Shown: piece by piece, positions 26,301-41,300 of the stretch | Layout: each line of letters starts with the position of its first letter | How positions within the stretch are numbered: the stretch's first letter is position 1 | NCBI GenBank assembly: GCA_032718475.1 | Contig: JAUCBJ010006766.1 | Location: 1-64,000 of the forward strand | Direction of reading: 5' to 3' | Length of the DNA stretch: 64,000 bases | Source of the DNA: Nemertoderma westbladi | Lineage: Eukaryota; Animalia; Xenacoelomorpha | Made by a program: the position numbers and the translations under genes | The notes under the pieces: model-generated | The model's database searches: none | Told to the model about the DNA's origin: nothing | The model's input: only the letters and a program-made list of their open reading frames with translations

Positions 26301-29300
26301 TTTAAATGCAGGAACCTGTATTTACTTTACACAGGCAGGTTCATATTTTAAATCCAAAGTCTCCATTGTACTCGCCTTTAATAAAATCATCACTAACGCT
26401 CTGATTTTAAAACACTTATATAACTGTAATCTTATAAAGTTCAAGATTTCAAGACTTGATGTATAGATATCACATAATGTTGTGGCAGATTAGCATAATT
26501 AGTGTAGGCCCGCCCACTTGCTTGTTGCTTGTGTAAATTTGGTCGCCGTTAAACATATAAAGATTATATAAAAACTTTCATTTCATTTCATTTCATTTCA
26601 TTTCATCATCAACTTACCGAATAGATTCCGCCCAAATCCAGTCCTGCTAGAATATGTCCAACTCTCTTGTTTGTTCTTGTGAGTGATCTATCGTCCGGGG
26701 ACCATCCAAGTGAATTATCCATATCTATCTTCGGATCTGTGTAATCCTGAGCGTTTAGTAAACATCCTGATAGACAAAGGATAAGGTTGGAGTATAAAAC
26801 GTTGCGGAAAAATACTCTTCTTAATTTATTTAATGCAAACAATGCCTTGCCATTTCGAATTCAGATGTCTCAAACAGATCTTCGAATCCAAGAAGCTAGC
26901 TTAGCACATGTCTTCTACATAACCAACAAGGGCATTCAAGGACTGAACACACTGACCTTGGAGAAACCATGAAAGGAATATCCAGTTTTTACACACTAGA
27001 TAATGAATATTAGGCTGATACTAAAACTGACGTTGTGTGCTCTAAATCCCCCACAAAATTGATAGGGATAATCTTTAAGGCTCGTTAAGCCAAGGAATAT
27101 ACCGCCTGTTCACCACCATGGGTGATCTTCCACAGTAAACTGCCACAGTAAACCCTCTGTTTCCCAAGTTGCCTTGGTTCCCATTTATCGACCACTGAAG
27201 GATGAAAGGCAGGGTTGGGCTAGGCTGCAGCTTTTAAAGCACTGTGGCCAAACAATGCTGCCCCATCTAGGGATCGAACCATGACTTCCTAATTGGAAGC
27301 CTAGGAATGTCACCACTAGACCACGCTGCATATGTACAACATGAACACAAAATGTATATGAATAGCGATATAAGGCCTACCGTTACCGCTTCACTGCATT
27401 ATGGATGCCCCTATTATTATTATTGATAATATCAAATAGTTGAGTTGTCGTCGTCGTCTGCGTTACCATTTCGACATGCTAAATAACTTTGTCTAATTTA
27501 AAGCTGTCTAGTTGAAAATTTGTAGGCATCAATAAGATAAAAGTTTAATTTTTTTAGAAACTTAAGACACCATCAGCTCAATAGTGTCCTGCTAGTGCGC
27601 TACATCACTAAATATTAAATGTCCCCCCACCCCCCCCCCCCCCCCCCCACTTCTTTTTAAAATCGTTCAAAAGTTTAAACAGGCTGAAACTTGGCAGATT
27701 TATAATATAATACAGTCGGCGTCTTTGTGGGGACGGAAATCCATCCGCAGTTCTCCAATCTGACACTAGATGGCAACATGTCTGAAAGTGATAACCTTCC
27801 CAATTTTCTTGATCTAATCTGTGTGTGGGGCTAGCCACGAAAGTAAGCGAGCTTAGCATACAGGTAGGTACCACTAACTCAATCGATGTGTCTGTTATGA
27901 TCAATTTTAAACGTTAATAACTCGTCCAAATCTTAATGAAATTTATCCAAACTTGGTACACATGTTGTTTGGCAAAAGTTTAGAAATTCCTCTAAGTTGA
28001 ATTTCTATGTGGCCTTCGAGAAGCTAAGATAATAGCAGTTAATTAGTTCAGTAGTTAATTAAGTTGATTGCGATAAAATCAGCATTTTCAACCTTCCTTT
28101 TAATGGAAATTAATTATTTTATAGTATAAGATATAAATAATTATACTTAAAAATTATACAGCTGTAATCCCCATACCCCATTTCATTATAGCTTATAATT
28201 GAAGAGATATCAACAAAGAAAGACAGGCATCTGGCTGTTATCTTTGTTGACTTCTTCAAGGCCTTTGATTCAGTCTCCCGCTCACGTATGTTCAGCATAC
28301 TTTCATTATATGGGATTCCTGATGAAATTATTGCAGCAATCAGATCAGATACGATGGTTCGACAACATTTGTGTCTACTGTTGATGGTGACACAGAACCA
28401 TTTGAAGTGATATGGGGCGTCCTCCAGGGAGACACACTTGCACCATTCTTGTTCATAATTGTTGTTGACTATGTTCTACGCATGTCCTTAGATCATCATA
28501 ATGATGATGGGGTGATGATAACTCCACCTACTGGCTCCAGAAGTCGAGGAAATCATGCCAAGTACCTAAATGATCTAGATTTTGCTGATGACTTAGGAGT
28601 ACTCTCAGAATCACTAGAGGGAGCCCAACGGCTCCTCAGCGCATTAGAACATGCTGCTTCTAGTCTTGGTCTTTTTATTAACTCCAGAAAGACCCAAATT
28701 TTGACAGTTAACTTTGAAAGTTCTCAGCAAGTCTCTGATCGGATGAGCATAAGCTCGAAGGATGGTATGCTTTAGCATGTGGACGACTTCTGTTACCTGG
28801 GATCATGGATCCGGAAGTCAGGTGAGGACCTTCGAATACGTAAGGGAAAGGCATGGGCAGCCTTGAATAGGCTTTCCAGGATTTGGAAGTCACCGAGATT
28901 TAATCGGAAACTTAAGGTCCGATTATTTAGAGCAGCAGTAGTTCCAGTACTCCTCTATGGGAGTCCATGCTGGGCTCTAACTGCTGAGGACACCAAATCT
29001 CTGGATGGCACATTCACAAGAATGCTACGCCGGGTTCATTGTGTCAAGTACAATGCACACATCTCCAACCAGGCAATATATAACATTGGAGGTGTCTCAT
29101 TGGTTCCCCCAAGCTTGACACTAGAACAAAATCGCCTCCGCTTTGCAGGACATTGCTTTCGCCGTGAGGACCAGCCAGTGCATAATCTTGTACTTTGGCA
29201 GCCTCATGGAGTGAATAAGCATGGTGGACAGCCCATGACTTTCTTGAGACGCATCTTAAAGGACACTGGCCTTGAAGATGCGGATGATCTAGCAAATGTC

Positions 29301-32300
29301 ATGGGTGACATTGTTGTGGCGGCGCAATTTTGTCGACAAGCCGGCACAGCATTCTTAAAAATGCAGCTGCAATGCAGCATGCCGATACTAGTAGTAGTAG
29401 TAGTAGTAGCTTATAATTAGTTGAAATGATTTGCTTTATGAAATGTGTTGTTTTTAATTGATGTAAACGTAATTAAGTTATCAAAATGCACCCCCTCACT
29501 CTGTACTTCCACCTCCATCATTCCTTGGCATGCTTGCTATTGCCTAGCTGCTGGCCCTGGGAGCTTTCCTCTCTTCTTTGATTTATTCTTATTGGCGGTT
29601 TGGTTATTTCTTAAATACCGATTTTGTAATAGAATTGCTCAATTTTAATCTGTATCTGATAACTGAGCCTCGTGCTGCGTGAAGGCACCACGAACGTGTT
29701 TAAGCTGATTATTGGAATGTGTGTACTAGAGCTTATGCTGCGTCTTTGTGAGGAAGGTGATCGGTCCGCATTGTTACAGTCTGCCGCTAGAGGGCGAAAT
29801 GTTTGCAAGTGAAATCTTTCCACCTCACCGTTTTCTTAATTTTAATCCGTTTAAGCTTAAATTTTTCATATATGTCTGTACTAGAACACTTCTTTGTGGG
29901 ACGGTACTATAATTTAAATGTCTGAAATTGAAAACACATTCTCTCATTTCGTTCTTTGTTATACGTGCTAGACCATCCATCGGCTGCGTTTTTGTGGGGA
30001 CGCTATCCATCTACAGTTCTCCAGTCTACCGCTAGAGGGCTGAAACGAGAACATTTCTGAAATGTCTGAAAATCAACCCTCCAGCCATATCGTAATATTG
30101 TTTATAATACTTTCCTGCCTGATTGATACCTGGCACAAATATTCTACACCCCTGACTGAGTTATTGTAAAGTCTTAAACTTAACTACAGTTTACCCAGTT
30201 TGCATCTACTGTAGATGGTAAAAGTGATTAGGGGACATCTGCTTATAATTATTTCGAGTTGACACTTAGTTAAGTTTATGTCACGTGCTGCGCGAAGGTC
30301 CACACTTTGTGTTTGAGTTACATACTAACCTGCTTTGCAACCGATAAACTTAATGTGAAGTCTTTGACCAGCAACGGGATTAAGAATCTTGACTTTAATC
30401 CATTGGACTGAGACCCAGACAGGTAAAGGTTGTTGAACTCTGACTGAACCTTCATCATTGCGACCGCCATTAAATAGCTATAAATTAATTGTTAAAATAT
30501 AGAAAACAGCTTTATATCTATTATTTTGGGATGGACATTTATTGAATGAACAATAAATAAATTAATAGATAACCTGTCCCCAGGAGCCGTTACATTGATA
30601 TTATTTATAGAATTATCCACTTAAGGTGGTGGGGTGGTTAACCTCCCCACGGTTTTTTCTTAATTTGTATATAATCACTGCAATGTAGTTGAAAGGTGCA
30701 TAGAAAAAGATATACCATCGAAAAGAGAATCATCAAAGGTAAATGATAATTTGAAATTGCTTATGAAATTACCTTTCATAATGCAAAAATTGCAAAAAAT
30801 TGTTAAGAAATGGCGGAGCAGTAGTAATTTCTCGTGTGAAAATGTCATTCAGAGATAATTGCCTTCAAAGTTCAAACCTTCCCGCGCAAAATGACCTGTA
30901 TGTTTGGTTAATTGTGTCTGACAGAAAAGAAGCACACAACCGAGCTAAAATCATATTTATGGGGGTTTTCGGTATCAGTTTTAATATTTGGTGGAATGTA
31001 CTCTGGCCGTCTGTCGGTTGACTGTCTGTCTGTACATTTTAACATACAGATTGGCAGACAGATATTCAACGATATTTAAAAGATATCGCTCTCAGCGGTT
31101 TTCGGATTTTAAACCCCATTAAATTCTGCTCTAGGTGCAAGAAAAAACAAATTTATGAAATTTTTCAGTTGGGGGTCCCCACCCTTATGACGATTTCATT
31201 GTTGCATCCATAATTATGTTGTTGTGTAGTAAAATAAACAAACTCACATGAGACTCTCCCACCAGATCTTCATATGGCGTCGAAATAACTGGAGCGAAAT
31301 CAACTTCGTTATTTTGCCCGATTTCCAGATACGCATCCATTTGTCGTAAAGCGAACATGACTCTGAATTCAACTTGATCTGATGTCTCCTCTGGGTTCAA
31401 TATTTCTGTTTCAACTCCAATAACTGTGTAGACCTGTAAGGATAACCGTGTATAACTGTGTACACCGTAAGGTATAACCGAACCGTGTACTGTGCGATAA
31501 GTCTAATGAAACATTTCATAAGATTGGGTAAAGATTGGGTACATCCTTGTACACCTGTAAGGTTAAGGTATAGCAATGTACACCTGTAAGGATAAGGTAT
31601 AACCGTGTACACCTGTAAAGATAAGGTATAACCGTGTACACCTGTAAAGATAAGCTATAACTGTGTACACCTGTAAAGATTGGGTACATCCTTGTACACC
31701 TGTAAGGTTAAGGTATAACAATGTACACCTGTAAGGATAAGGTATAACCGTGTACACCTGTAAGGATAAGGTATAACCGTGTACACCTGTAAAGATAAGC
31801 TATAACTGTGTACACCTGTAAGGTTAAGGTATAACAGTGTACACCTGTAAGGTTAAGGTATAACAGTGTACACCTGTAAGGTTAAGGTATAACAGTGTAC
31901 ACCTGTAAGGTTAAGGTATAACAGTGTACACCTGTAAGGTTAAGGTATAACAGTGTACACCTGTAAGGTTAAGGTATAACAGTGTACACCTGTAAGGTTA
32001 AGGTATAACAGTGTACACCTTTAAGGTTAAGGTATAACAGTGTACACCTTTAAGGTTAAGGTATAACAGTGTACACCTGCAAGGATAAGGTATAACAGTG
32101 TACACCTGTAAAGATAAGCTATAACTGTGTACACCTGTAAGGATAAGGTATAACCGTGTACACCTGTAAAGATAAGCTATAACTGTGTACACCTGTAAGG
32201 TTAAGGTATAACAGTGTACACCTGTAAGGTTAAGGTATAACAGTGTACACCTGTAAGGTTAAGGTATAACAGTGTACACCTGTAAGGTTAAGGTATAACA

Positions 32301-35300
32301 GTGTACACCTGTAAGGTTAAGGTATAACAGTGTACACCTGTAAGGTTAAGGTATAACAGTGTACACCTGTAAGGTTAAGGTATAACAGTGTACACCTTTA
32401 AGGTTAAGGTATAACAGTGTACACCTTTAAGGTTAAGGTATAACAGTGTACACCTTTAAGGTTAAGGTATAACAGTGTACACTTGTAAAGATAAGGATAA
32501 TTTGGAATGGCAAACTAGGGTGCGGTATTTGCCCCGAGAGTAACGCGGAGCTCCGGCTACTAGAGGTCAGTGGAATTACCGGAAACAATTAGCCTCACGG
32601 TGTCAGTTATCTCCTGGCCGGCTGCCTGTCTTTTCCCCTACCCTACTGGAGAGAGAGTGGCCAACAATTCTTTGAGTCCCTTTACTCATGACCTTTCTAG
32701 CCCAAAACAAACCCTAAGTTTGTGAGGGGAAGATGGATTCTGGAGTTGGAGGCTACTCTCAATGTTCCACTCCAACCAACCAAACCATTATTGGTGTACC
32801 GGAGGCAATTCATAAAACTATCCTCAGTTAATACCACTCGGGTCCCCAATGCGACAAGGTGAGCTGACAGCCATGGCTTCGTCTGTTCGTCTTCGGTGTT
32901 CAAGAATACCGAATACAGGCTGTACAGATTGACGAGGTTCTGATTACGATATGTGAGGGGGTTGGCGACTTGCCCTCGCCTAACTGCACATACAGCATTG
33001 GAGAAACTTCTGGACTGCGGACACTACAAGGGATCACATTTAGACACATTTGATGATATTGTATCATCATCCCCAAACGTAAATGTACCTAAACGTAACA
33101 AGAAACTTACCTCTTCATCGTCTCCATTAGTACCCAACTCGAAAGTAATATGACTTTGTCCAACGGTGTCTCCTATTACCCAGCCTCCTGAATCGAAGTC
33201 AGCCCCGTCTGTGTCTCCAGGACCGAGATACCTAAGATAATAATTAAATTGATTGATATTACCGAGTCGTCTATATACCAATTCAATGCTTTTATTTAAA
33301 CTAGTAAAGCGAATAGTTCCTATTTAACAAGTTTTACAAATATGAATGAACCCTGTGTTACATACTGTCTTAACCATAAGAGCACTCAGCAATATAGACT
33401 ACTACCAAAGATAATTGGCTTCTGAGTTGGCTTGCAAAAATTAAAATTTTTGGCTGTAAACTAAGACATAATATTAAATTTTCATATTGTGGACTTTCGA
33501 TCACAAACTCATTGTCATATCATCTCTACTTAATAACACGTTTGTTAATACAACTCATCTGACACCCTGTGTTACAGATTGTACATGATCAGTAAAAAAA
33601 TACCCCTTATTTCATACAATGCTTGTAACAAGTCAGCTCGAGCAGAGCATATTAGCTCACAAAATCCAACCGCTAGCATTCAATATAATATAATGTTTAT
33701 AATATCAGCTGATATCTACTACTATACATTCTCGGCCGGGTAATCTAATTGCTACAATCAACCTATTCAACTCTCACAAATTATCACCACCTCTAATACC
33801 GCATACAATGACAATAAGACACATTGACCTATGACAGCTCTCCTTTACAACTTCCCTGTCACTTCGTATCTCAACCTATTTAATCAACTAACAACCATGA
33901 TGAAATTCATTCTGTTATTAGGGAATCCGAAGTGTATCTTTTTACCGAACATATTTTGATGATATTAAATTCTAACATTCTTCAATAAACATTCCTGTTA
34001 TTACTATTATGTTATCACAATGTAAAGATTAAATCACGCATAACTGACAGAATCAGAGCGATTAAAGTAAAAAACGCTCACACCCTGGTATCAAAAGTAT
34101 TATTTGATGGCCAGCAGCACTAAGTTACCTTATCGTGCTACTCACCTAACAACTCACCTAACACCTGACAACAGGTTAACATATCGCGCTACTCACCTAA
34201 CAACTGGAATATCAACAGGATCCCCTGATGGACAACATGTTAACATATCGCGCTACTCACCTAACAACTGGAATATCAACAGGATCCCCTGATGGACAAC
34301 ATGTTAACATATCGCGCTACTCACCTAACAACTGGAATATCAACAGGATCCCCTGATGGACAACATGTTAACATATCGCGCTACTCACCTAACAACTGGA
34401 ATATCAACAGGATCCCCTGATGGACAACATGTTAACATATCGCGCTATTCACCGAACAACTGGAATATCAACAGGATCCCCTGATGTACAACATGTTAAC
34501 CTATCGGAACTACTCACCTAACAACTGGAATATCAACAGGATCCCCTGATGGACAACAGGTTAACATATCGCGCTACTCACCGAACAACTGGAATATCAA
34601 CAGGATCCCCAGATGGACAACAGGTTAGAATATCGCGCTACTCACCTAACAACTGGAATATCAACAGGATCCCCTGATGGACAACATGTTAACATATCGG
34701 AACTACTCACCTAACAACTGGAATATCAACAGGATCCCCTGATGGACAACAGGTTAACATATCGCGCTACTCACCTAACAACTGGAATATCAACAGGATC
34801 CCCCGATGGACAACATGTTAACATATCGCGCTACTCACCTAACAACTGGAATATCAACAGGATCCCCTGATGGACAACATGTTAACATATCGCGCTACTC
34901 ACCTAACAACTGGAATATCAACAGGATCCCCTGATGGACAACATGTTAACATATCGCGCTACTCACCTAACAACTGGAATATCAACAGGATCCCCTGATG
35001 GACAACATGTTAACATATCGCGCTACTCACCTAACAACTGGAATATCAACAGGATCCCCTGATGGACAACATGTTAACATATCGCGCTACTCACCTAACA
35101 ACTGGAATATCAACATGATCCCCCGATGGACAATAGGTTAACATATTACGCTACTCACCTAACAACTGGAATATCAACAGGATCCCCTGATGGACAACAT
35201 GTTAACATATCGGAACTACTCACCTAACAACTGGAATATCAACAGGATCCCCAGATGGACAACAGGTTAACATATCGCGCTACTCACCGAACAACTGGAA

Positions 35301-38300
35301 TATCAACAGGATCCCCAGATGGACAACATGTTAACATATCGGAACTACTCACCTAACAACTGGAATATCAACAGGATCCCCAGATGGACAACAGGTTAAC
35401 ATATCGGAACTACTCACCTAACAACTGGAATATCAACAGGATCCCCAGATGGACAACAGGTTAACATATCGCGCTACTCACCGAACAACTGGAATATCAA
35501 CAGGATCCCCAGATGGACAACAGGTTAACATATCGGAACTACTCACCTAACAACTGGAATATCAACAGGATCCCCAGATGGACAACAGGTTAACATATCG
35601 CGCTACTCACCGAACAACTGGAATATCAACAGGATCCCCTGATGGACAACAGGTTAACATATCGCGCTACTCACCTAACTGGAATATCAACAGGATCCCC
35701 TGATGGACAACAGGTTAACATATCGCGCTACTCACCTAACAACTGGAATATCAACATAATCCCCCGATGGACAACAGGTTAACATATCACGATACTCACC
35801 TAACAACTGGAATATCAACATGATCCCCCGACGGACAATAGGTTAACATATTACGCTACTCACCTAACAACTGGAATATCAACATGATCCCCTGATGGAC
35901 AACATGTTAACATATCGGAACTACTCACCTAACAACTGGAATATCAACAGGATCCCCAGATGGACAACAGGTTAACATATCGCGCTACTCACCGAACAAC
36001 TGGAATATCAACAGGATCCCCAGATGGACAACAGGTTAAGATATCGCGCTACTCACCGAACAACTGGAATATCAACAGGATCCCCAGATGGACAACATGT
36101 TAACATATCGGAACTACACACCTAACAACTGGAATATCAACAGGATCCCCTGATAGACGACAGGTTAACATATCGCGCTAATCACCTAACAACTGGAATA
36201 TCAACATGATCCCCCGATGGACAATAGGTTAACATATTACGCTACTCACCTAACAACTGGAACATCAACAGGATCCCCTGGTGGACAACAGGTTAACATA
36301 TCGCGCTACTCACCGAACAACTGGAATATCAACAGGATCCCCAGATGGACAACAGGTTAACATATCGCGCTACTCACCTAACTGAATATCAACAGGATCC
36401 CCTGATGGACAACAGGTTAACATATCGCGCTACTCACCTAACAACTGGAATATCAACATAATCCCCCGATGGACAACAGGTTAACATATCACGATACTCA
36501 CCTAACAACTGGAATATCAACATGATCCCCCGATATACAACAGGTTAACATATCGCGCTACTCACCTAACAACTAGAATATCAACAGGATCCCCAGATGG
36601 ACAACAGGTTAACATATCGCGCTACTCACCTAACTGGAATATCAACAGGATCTCCTGATGGACAACAGGTTAACATATCACGACACTCACCTAACAACTG
36701 GAATATCAACATGATCCCCCGATGGACAACAGGTTAACATATCGCGCTACTCACCTAACAACTGGAATATCAACAGGATCCCCTGATGGACAACAGGTTA
36801 ACATATCGCGCTACTCACCTAACAACTAGAATATCAACAGGATCCCCTGATGGAGAACAGGTTAACATATCGCGCTACTCACCTAACAACTGGAATATCA
36901 ACAGGACCCCGTGATGGACAACAGTTAACATATCACGCTACTCACCTAACAACTGGAATATCAACAGGATTCCCCGATGGACAATAGATTAACATATCGC
37001 GCTACTCACCTAACAAGTGGAATATCAACAGGATCCCCTGATGGACAACAGGTTAACATATCGCGCTACTCACCTAACAACTGGAATAACAACAGGATCC
37101 CCTGATGGACAACATGTTAACATATCGGAACTACTCACCTAACAACTGGAATATCAACAGGATCCCCTGATAGACGACAGGTTAACATATCGCGCTACTC
37201 ACCTAACAACTGGAATATCAACATAATCCCTCGATGGACAACAGGTTAACATATCACGATACTCACCTAACAACTGGAATATCAACATGATCCCCCGATG
37301 GACAATAGGTTAACATATTACGCTACTCACCTAACAACTGGAATATCAACAGGATCCCCTGATGGACAACATGTTAACATATCGCGCTACTCACCGAACA
37401 ACTGGAATATCAACAGGATCCCCAGACGGACAACAGGTTAACATATCGCGCTACTCACCGAACAACTGGAATATCAACAGGATCCCCTGATGGACAACAG
37501 GTTAACATATCGCGCTACTCACCCAACAACTGGAATATCAACAGGATCCCCTGATGGACAACAGGTTAACATATCGCGCTACTCACCTAACAACTGGAAT
37601 ATCAACAGGATCCCCTGATGGACAACAGGTTAACATATCGCGCTACTCACCGAACAACTGGATCCCCAGATGGACAACATGTTAACATATCGGAACTACT
37701 CACCTAACAACTGGAATATCAACAGGATCCCCTGATAGACGACAGGTTAACATATCGCGCTACTCACCTAACAACTGGAATATCAACAGGATCCCCTGAT
37801 AGACGACAGGTTAACATATCGCGCTACTCACCTAACAACTGGAATATCAACAGGATCCCCTGATGAACAACAGGTTAACATATCGCGCTACTCACCCAAC
37901 AACTGGAATATCAACAGGATCCCCTGATGGACAACAGGTTAACATATCGCGCTACTCACCTAACAACTGGAATATCAACAGGATCCCCTGATGGACAACA
38001 GGTTAACATATCGCGCTACTCACCGAACAACTGGATCCCCAGATGGACAACATGTTAACATATCGGAACTACTCACCTAACAACTGGAATATCAACAGGA
38101 TCCCCTGATAGACGACAGGTTAACATATCGCGCTACTCACCTAACAACTGGAATATCAACAGGATCCCCTGGTAGACGACAGGTTAACAGATCGCGCTAC
38201 TCACCGAACAACTGGAATATCAACAGGATCCCCTGATGGACAACAGGTTAACATATCGGAACTACACACCTAACAACTGGAATATCAACATGATCCCCTG

Positions 38301-41300
38301 ATGGACAACATGTTAACATATCGGAACTACTCACCTAACAACTGGAATATCAACAGGATCCCCAGATGGACAACAGGTTAACATATCGCGCTACTCACCG
38401 AACAACTGGAATATCAACAGGATCCCCAGATGGACAACAGGTTAAGATATCGCGCTACTCACCGAACAACTGGAATATCAACAGGATCCCCAGATGGACA
38501 ACATGTTAACATATCGGAACTACACACCTAACAACTGGAATATCAACAGGATCCCCTGATAGACGACAGGTTAACATATCGCGCTAATCACCTAACAACT
38601 GGAATATCAACATGATCCCCCGATGGACAATAGGTTAACATATTACGCTACTCACCTAACAACTGGAACATCAACAGGATCCCCTGGTGGACAACAGGTT
38701 AACATATCGCGCTACTCACCGAACAACTGGAATATCAACAGGATCCCCAGATGGACAACAGGTTAACATATCGCGCTACTCACCTAACTGAATATCAACA
38801 GGATCCCCTGATGGACAACAGGTTAACATATCGCGCTACTCACCTAACAACTGGAATATCAACATAATCCCCCGATGGACAACAGGTTAACATATCACGA
38901 TACTCACCTAACAACTGGAATATCAACATGATCCCCCGATATACAACAGGTTAACATATCGCGCTACTCACCTAACAACTAGAATATCAACAGGATCCCC
39001 AGATGGACAACAGGTTAACATATCGCGCTACTCACCTAACTGGAATATCAACAGGATCTCCTGATGGACAACAGGTTAACATATCACGACACTCACCTAA
39101 CAACTGGAATATCAACATGATCCCCCGATGGACAACAGGTTAACATATCGCGCTACTCACCTAACAACTGGAATATCAACAGGATCCCCTGATGGACAAC
39201 AGGTTAACATATCGCGCTACTCACCTAACAACTAGAATATCAACAGGATCCCCTGATGGAGAACAGGTTAACATATCGCGCTACTCACCTAACAACTGGA
39301 ATATCAACAGGACCCCGTGATGGACAACAGTTAACATATCACGCTACTCACCTAACAACTGGAATATCAACAGGATTCCCCGATGGACAATAGATTAACA
39401 TATCGCGCTACTCACCTAACAAGTGGAATATCAACAGGATCCCCTGATGGACAACAGGTTAACATATCGCGCTACTCACCTAACAACTGGAATAACAACA
39501 GGATCCCCTGATGGACAACATGTTAACATATCGGAACTACTCACCTAACAACTGGAATATCAACAGGATCCCCTGATAGACGACAGGTTAACATATCGCG
39601 CTACTCACCTAACAACTGGAATATCAACATAATCCCTCGATGGACAACAGGTTAACATATCACGATACTCACCTAACAACTGGAATATCAACATGATCCC
39701 CCGATGGACAATAGGTTAACATATTACGCTACTCACCTAACAACTGGAATATCAACAGGATCCCCTGATGGACAACATGTTAACATATCGCGCTACTCAC
39801 CGAACAACTGGAATATCAACAGGATCCCCAGACGGACAACAGGTTAACATATCGCGCTACTCACCGAACAACTGGAATATCAACAGGATCCCCTGATGGA
39901 CAACAGGTTAACATATCGCGCTACTCACCCAACAACTGGAATATCAATAGGATCCCCTGATGGACAACAGGTTAACATATCGCGCTACTCACCTAACAAC
40001 TGGAATATCAACAGGATCCCCTGATGGACAACAGGTTAACATATCGCGCTACTCACCGAACAACTGGATCCCCAGATGGACAACATGTTAACATATCGGA
40101 ACTACTCACCTAACAACTGGAATATCAACAGGATCCCCTGATAGACGACAGGTTAACATATCGCGCTACTCACCTAACAACTGGAATATCAACAGGATCC
40201 CCTGATAGACGACAGGTTAACATATCGCGCTACTCACCGAACAACTGGAATATCAACAGGATCCCCTGATGGACAACAGGTTAACATATCGCGCTACTCA
40301 CCCAACAACTGGAATATCAATAGGATCCCCTGATGGACAACAGGTTAACATATCGCGCTACTCACCTAACAACTGGAATATCAACAGGATCCCCTGATGG
40401 ACAACAGGTTAACATATCGCGCTACTCACCGAACAACTGGATCCCCAGATGGACAACATGTTAACATATCGGAACTACTCACCTAACAACTGGAATATCA
40501 ACAGGATCCCCTGATAGACGACAGGTTAACATATCGCGCTACTCACCTAACAACTGGAATATCAACAGGATCCCCTGATAGACGACAGGTTAACATATCG
40601 CGCTACTCACCTAACAACTGGAATATCAACAGGATCCCCTGATGAACAACAGGTTAACATATCGCGCTACTCACCCAACAACTGGAATATCAACAGGATC
40701 CCCTGATGGACAACAGGTTAACATATCGCGCTACTCACCTAACAACTGGAATATCAACAGGATCCCCTGATGGACAACAGGTTAACATATCGCGCTACTC
40801 ACCGAACAACTGGATCCCCAGATGGACAACATGTTAACATATCGGAACTACTCACCTAACAACTGGAATATCAACAGGATCCCCTGATAGACGACAGGTT
40901 AACATATCGCGCTACTCACCTAACAACTGGAATATCAACAGGATCCCCTGATAGACGACAGGTTAACATATCGCGCTACTCACCGAACAACTGGAATATC
41001 AACAGGATCCCCTGATGGACAACAGGTTAACATATCGCGCTACTCACCTAACAACTGGAATATCAACAGGATCCCCTGATGGACAACAGGTTAACATATC
41101 TCGACAAGGTGGTTCAGGTGTGGTTACACGAGAGGTGGTTACAACAGTGGGAGCAGGAGTTGTTGGTGGAATTGTTACATCTAAATAATAATCACCGATA
41201 TTATAGTTATTCAATTCCTTTCTTCATTTTTTGGTTTATTAGAGGTCGGTTATTCCACCTCGGCTTGCTCCTGCTTACCCAAAATATCAACTACTATCAA

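Noticed and set aside
27420-30310. Dispersed repeat pieces flanking the RTE element (shared GTGGGGACG...CCATC...GTTCTCCA motif)
   Set aside because: Probably non-autonomous TE remnants, but I could not define boundaries, TIRs or TSDs.
34130-41101. Array of 28-nt coding micro-exons (CCATCAG|...TTAG|GTGAGT with 36-nt introns)
   Set aside because: 28 nt is not frame-preserving, the internal AG is often mutated, and units carry frame-breaking indels.
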